Source of the DNA: Lepidodermella squamata
Taxonomy: Eukaryota > Animalia > Gastrotricha
DNA length: 64,000 nt
Assembly: GCA_047495785.1 (NCBI GenBank)
Contig: JBLDXI010000009.1
Coordinates: 1,860,001 to 1,924,000, forward strand
Direction: 5' to 3'
Part shown: one piece after another, positions 63,111 to 64,000 of the stretch
Numbering within the stretch: position 1 is the first letter of the stretch
Layout: the number at the start of each line of letters is the position of its first letter
The notes under the pieces: generated by a model
What the model was told of the DNA's origin: nothing
Databases searched by the model: none
The model's input: only the letters and a program-made list of their open reading frames with translations
Position numbers and translations under genes: made by a program

Positions 63111-63424
63111 AATTTCAGCGATAAAAACTAAAATTCACACAAAATAAACATTGCAATTTATTCAAAAGACCATATCAGCAAGTTTCGTGATAATAATAAT
63201 ATATAATATTCAAGTCAAATGACAAAACATATTTCGTGACGCTATGACAGTATTCCAACCACAAAAAACACAGCCATAGTGTCTATCATACCGGCTCTGG
63301 GAAGCAGAAGCTGCACAATCATATAATAATAAACCTCGCGTGAAGATGCCATTCCAGCGGTCGAATAGGTATCGATAATACTAATTTCAGTGAACAGAGA
63401 TATAAGGAAACGCGCCCTTATCGA

Positions 63425-64000
63425 TCATTGATCAGCAACTTCAGTAAAATACGGCTTAGACTCCTGGACTAGCAGGAAATGACATTGAGAACACACGGCA
63501 GCAGGTCTACGACGAGCACCGGATGCAACCGATTGCGATAGACAAGCATCGCAAAATATCTTGCCACAATGGCGGCAGTGTTGTTTTCGGGCGGCGACCG
63601 GCAGCGATTTCTTACAGCCACGGCACTGGTCTACCTCGTCGTCGAATTCCCACCTCACTTCACTTTGATCGCGTAAGCCTTCCAAGCTCATCTGAAATAA
63701 GTAATATTGTTTAACGAAGTGACTAGTCACAGCAAACTAACCTGTAATGATTGCGAGAGGCGAACAAGATCTTGTTGAACTGACTCTGAAGTGTCTAGCT
63801 CCACTTGTAATCGAGCGCATTGACTTCTCAAACTATGAACTTCGGACTCAAGTTGCGCTTTCGCCTGTTTCATCGATTCAAATTCCACATCTGGAACTGC
63901 TGAGTTGCTTTTTCTCGGCGAATCTTCACTCGCCTGAATATTCGGTCCGGATTTACTCCTTGAAGCAGATCTTTCCCTATTCAGCTCCATGCGAAGCGAG
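63425..64000 (-). CDS. RABEP1: Rabaptin-5 3' end (partial) with C-terminal FYVE domain; intron 63692-63741
   Basis: ELDTSESVQQDLVRLSQSLQ Rab5-binding motif followed by WEFDDEVDQCRGC...RKQHCRHCGKIFC...C; runs off the window. Confidence 0.85.

Noticed and set aside
1-64000. CRISPR arrays, prokaryotic systems, autonomous transposase/RT genes, and the many antisense ORFs overlapping real exons
   Set aside because: The sequence is eukaryotic and spliced; no repeat-spacer array or transposase motif was seen, and the antisense ORFs are shadows of coding exons.

Overview
Gene-dense genome of an invertebrate animal (not bacterial), with mostly ~50-60 bp GT-AG introns; I cannot name the species from the sequence. 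By manual splicing I find 17 protein-coding genes: strawberry notch (SBNO), a small orphan secreted peptide, TTLL10 tubulin glycylase, CLIP-170, prefoldin 5, MRPL43, CCT3, a FIRRM/C1orf112-like protein, ABHD14, a DBD-only nuclear receptor, boule, HPS4, archaemetzincin, an ankyrin-repeat protein, an orphan two-TM protein, TBL2 and the 3' end of rabaptin-5. There are also three MITE-like elements. Several same-strand gene pairs lie only ~100-300 bp apart, with an unpaired splice acceptor before the downstream ATG, which suggests trans-spliced operons. The most striking unexplained signal recurs in several of the longer introns (SBNO, TTLL10, boule, probably CLIP-170): intronic segments complementary to a splice site of their own pre-mRNA. 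In TTLL10 and boule the mismatches are G-U wobbles only on the sense strand, suggesting RNA-structure-gated splicing switches. The nuclear receptor is also unusual: it has no ligand-binding domain, has an atypical P-box (CFACMD) and sits head-to-head with boule. All family assignments come from recognising motifs, and all pairings were worked out by eye; no search or folding program was run.
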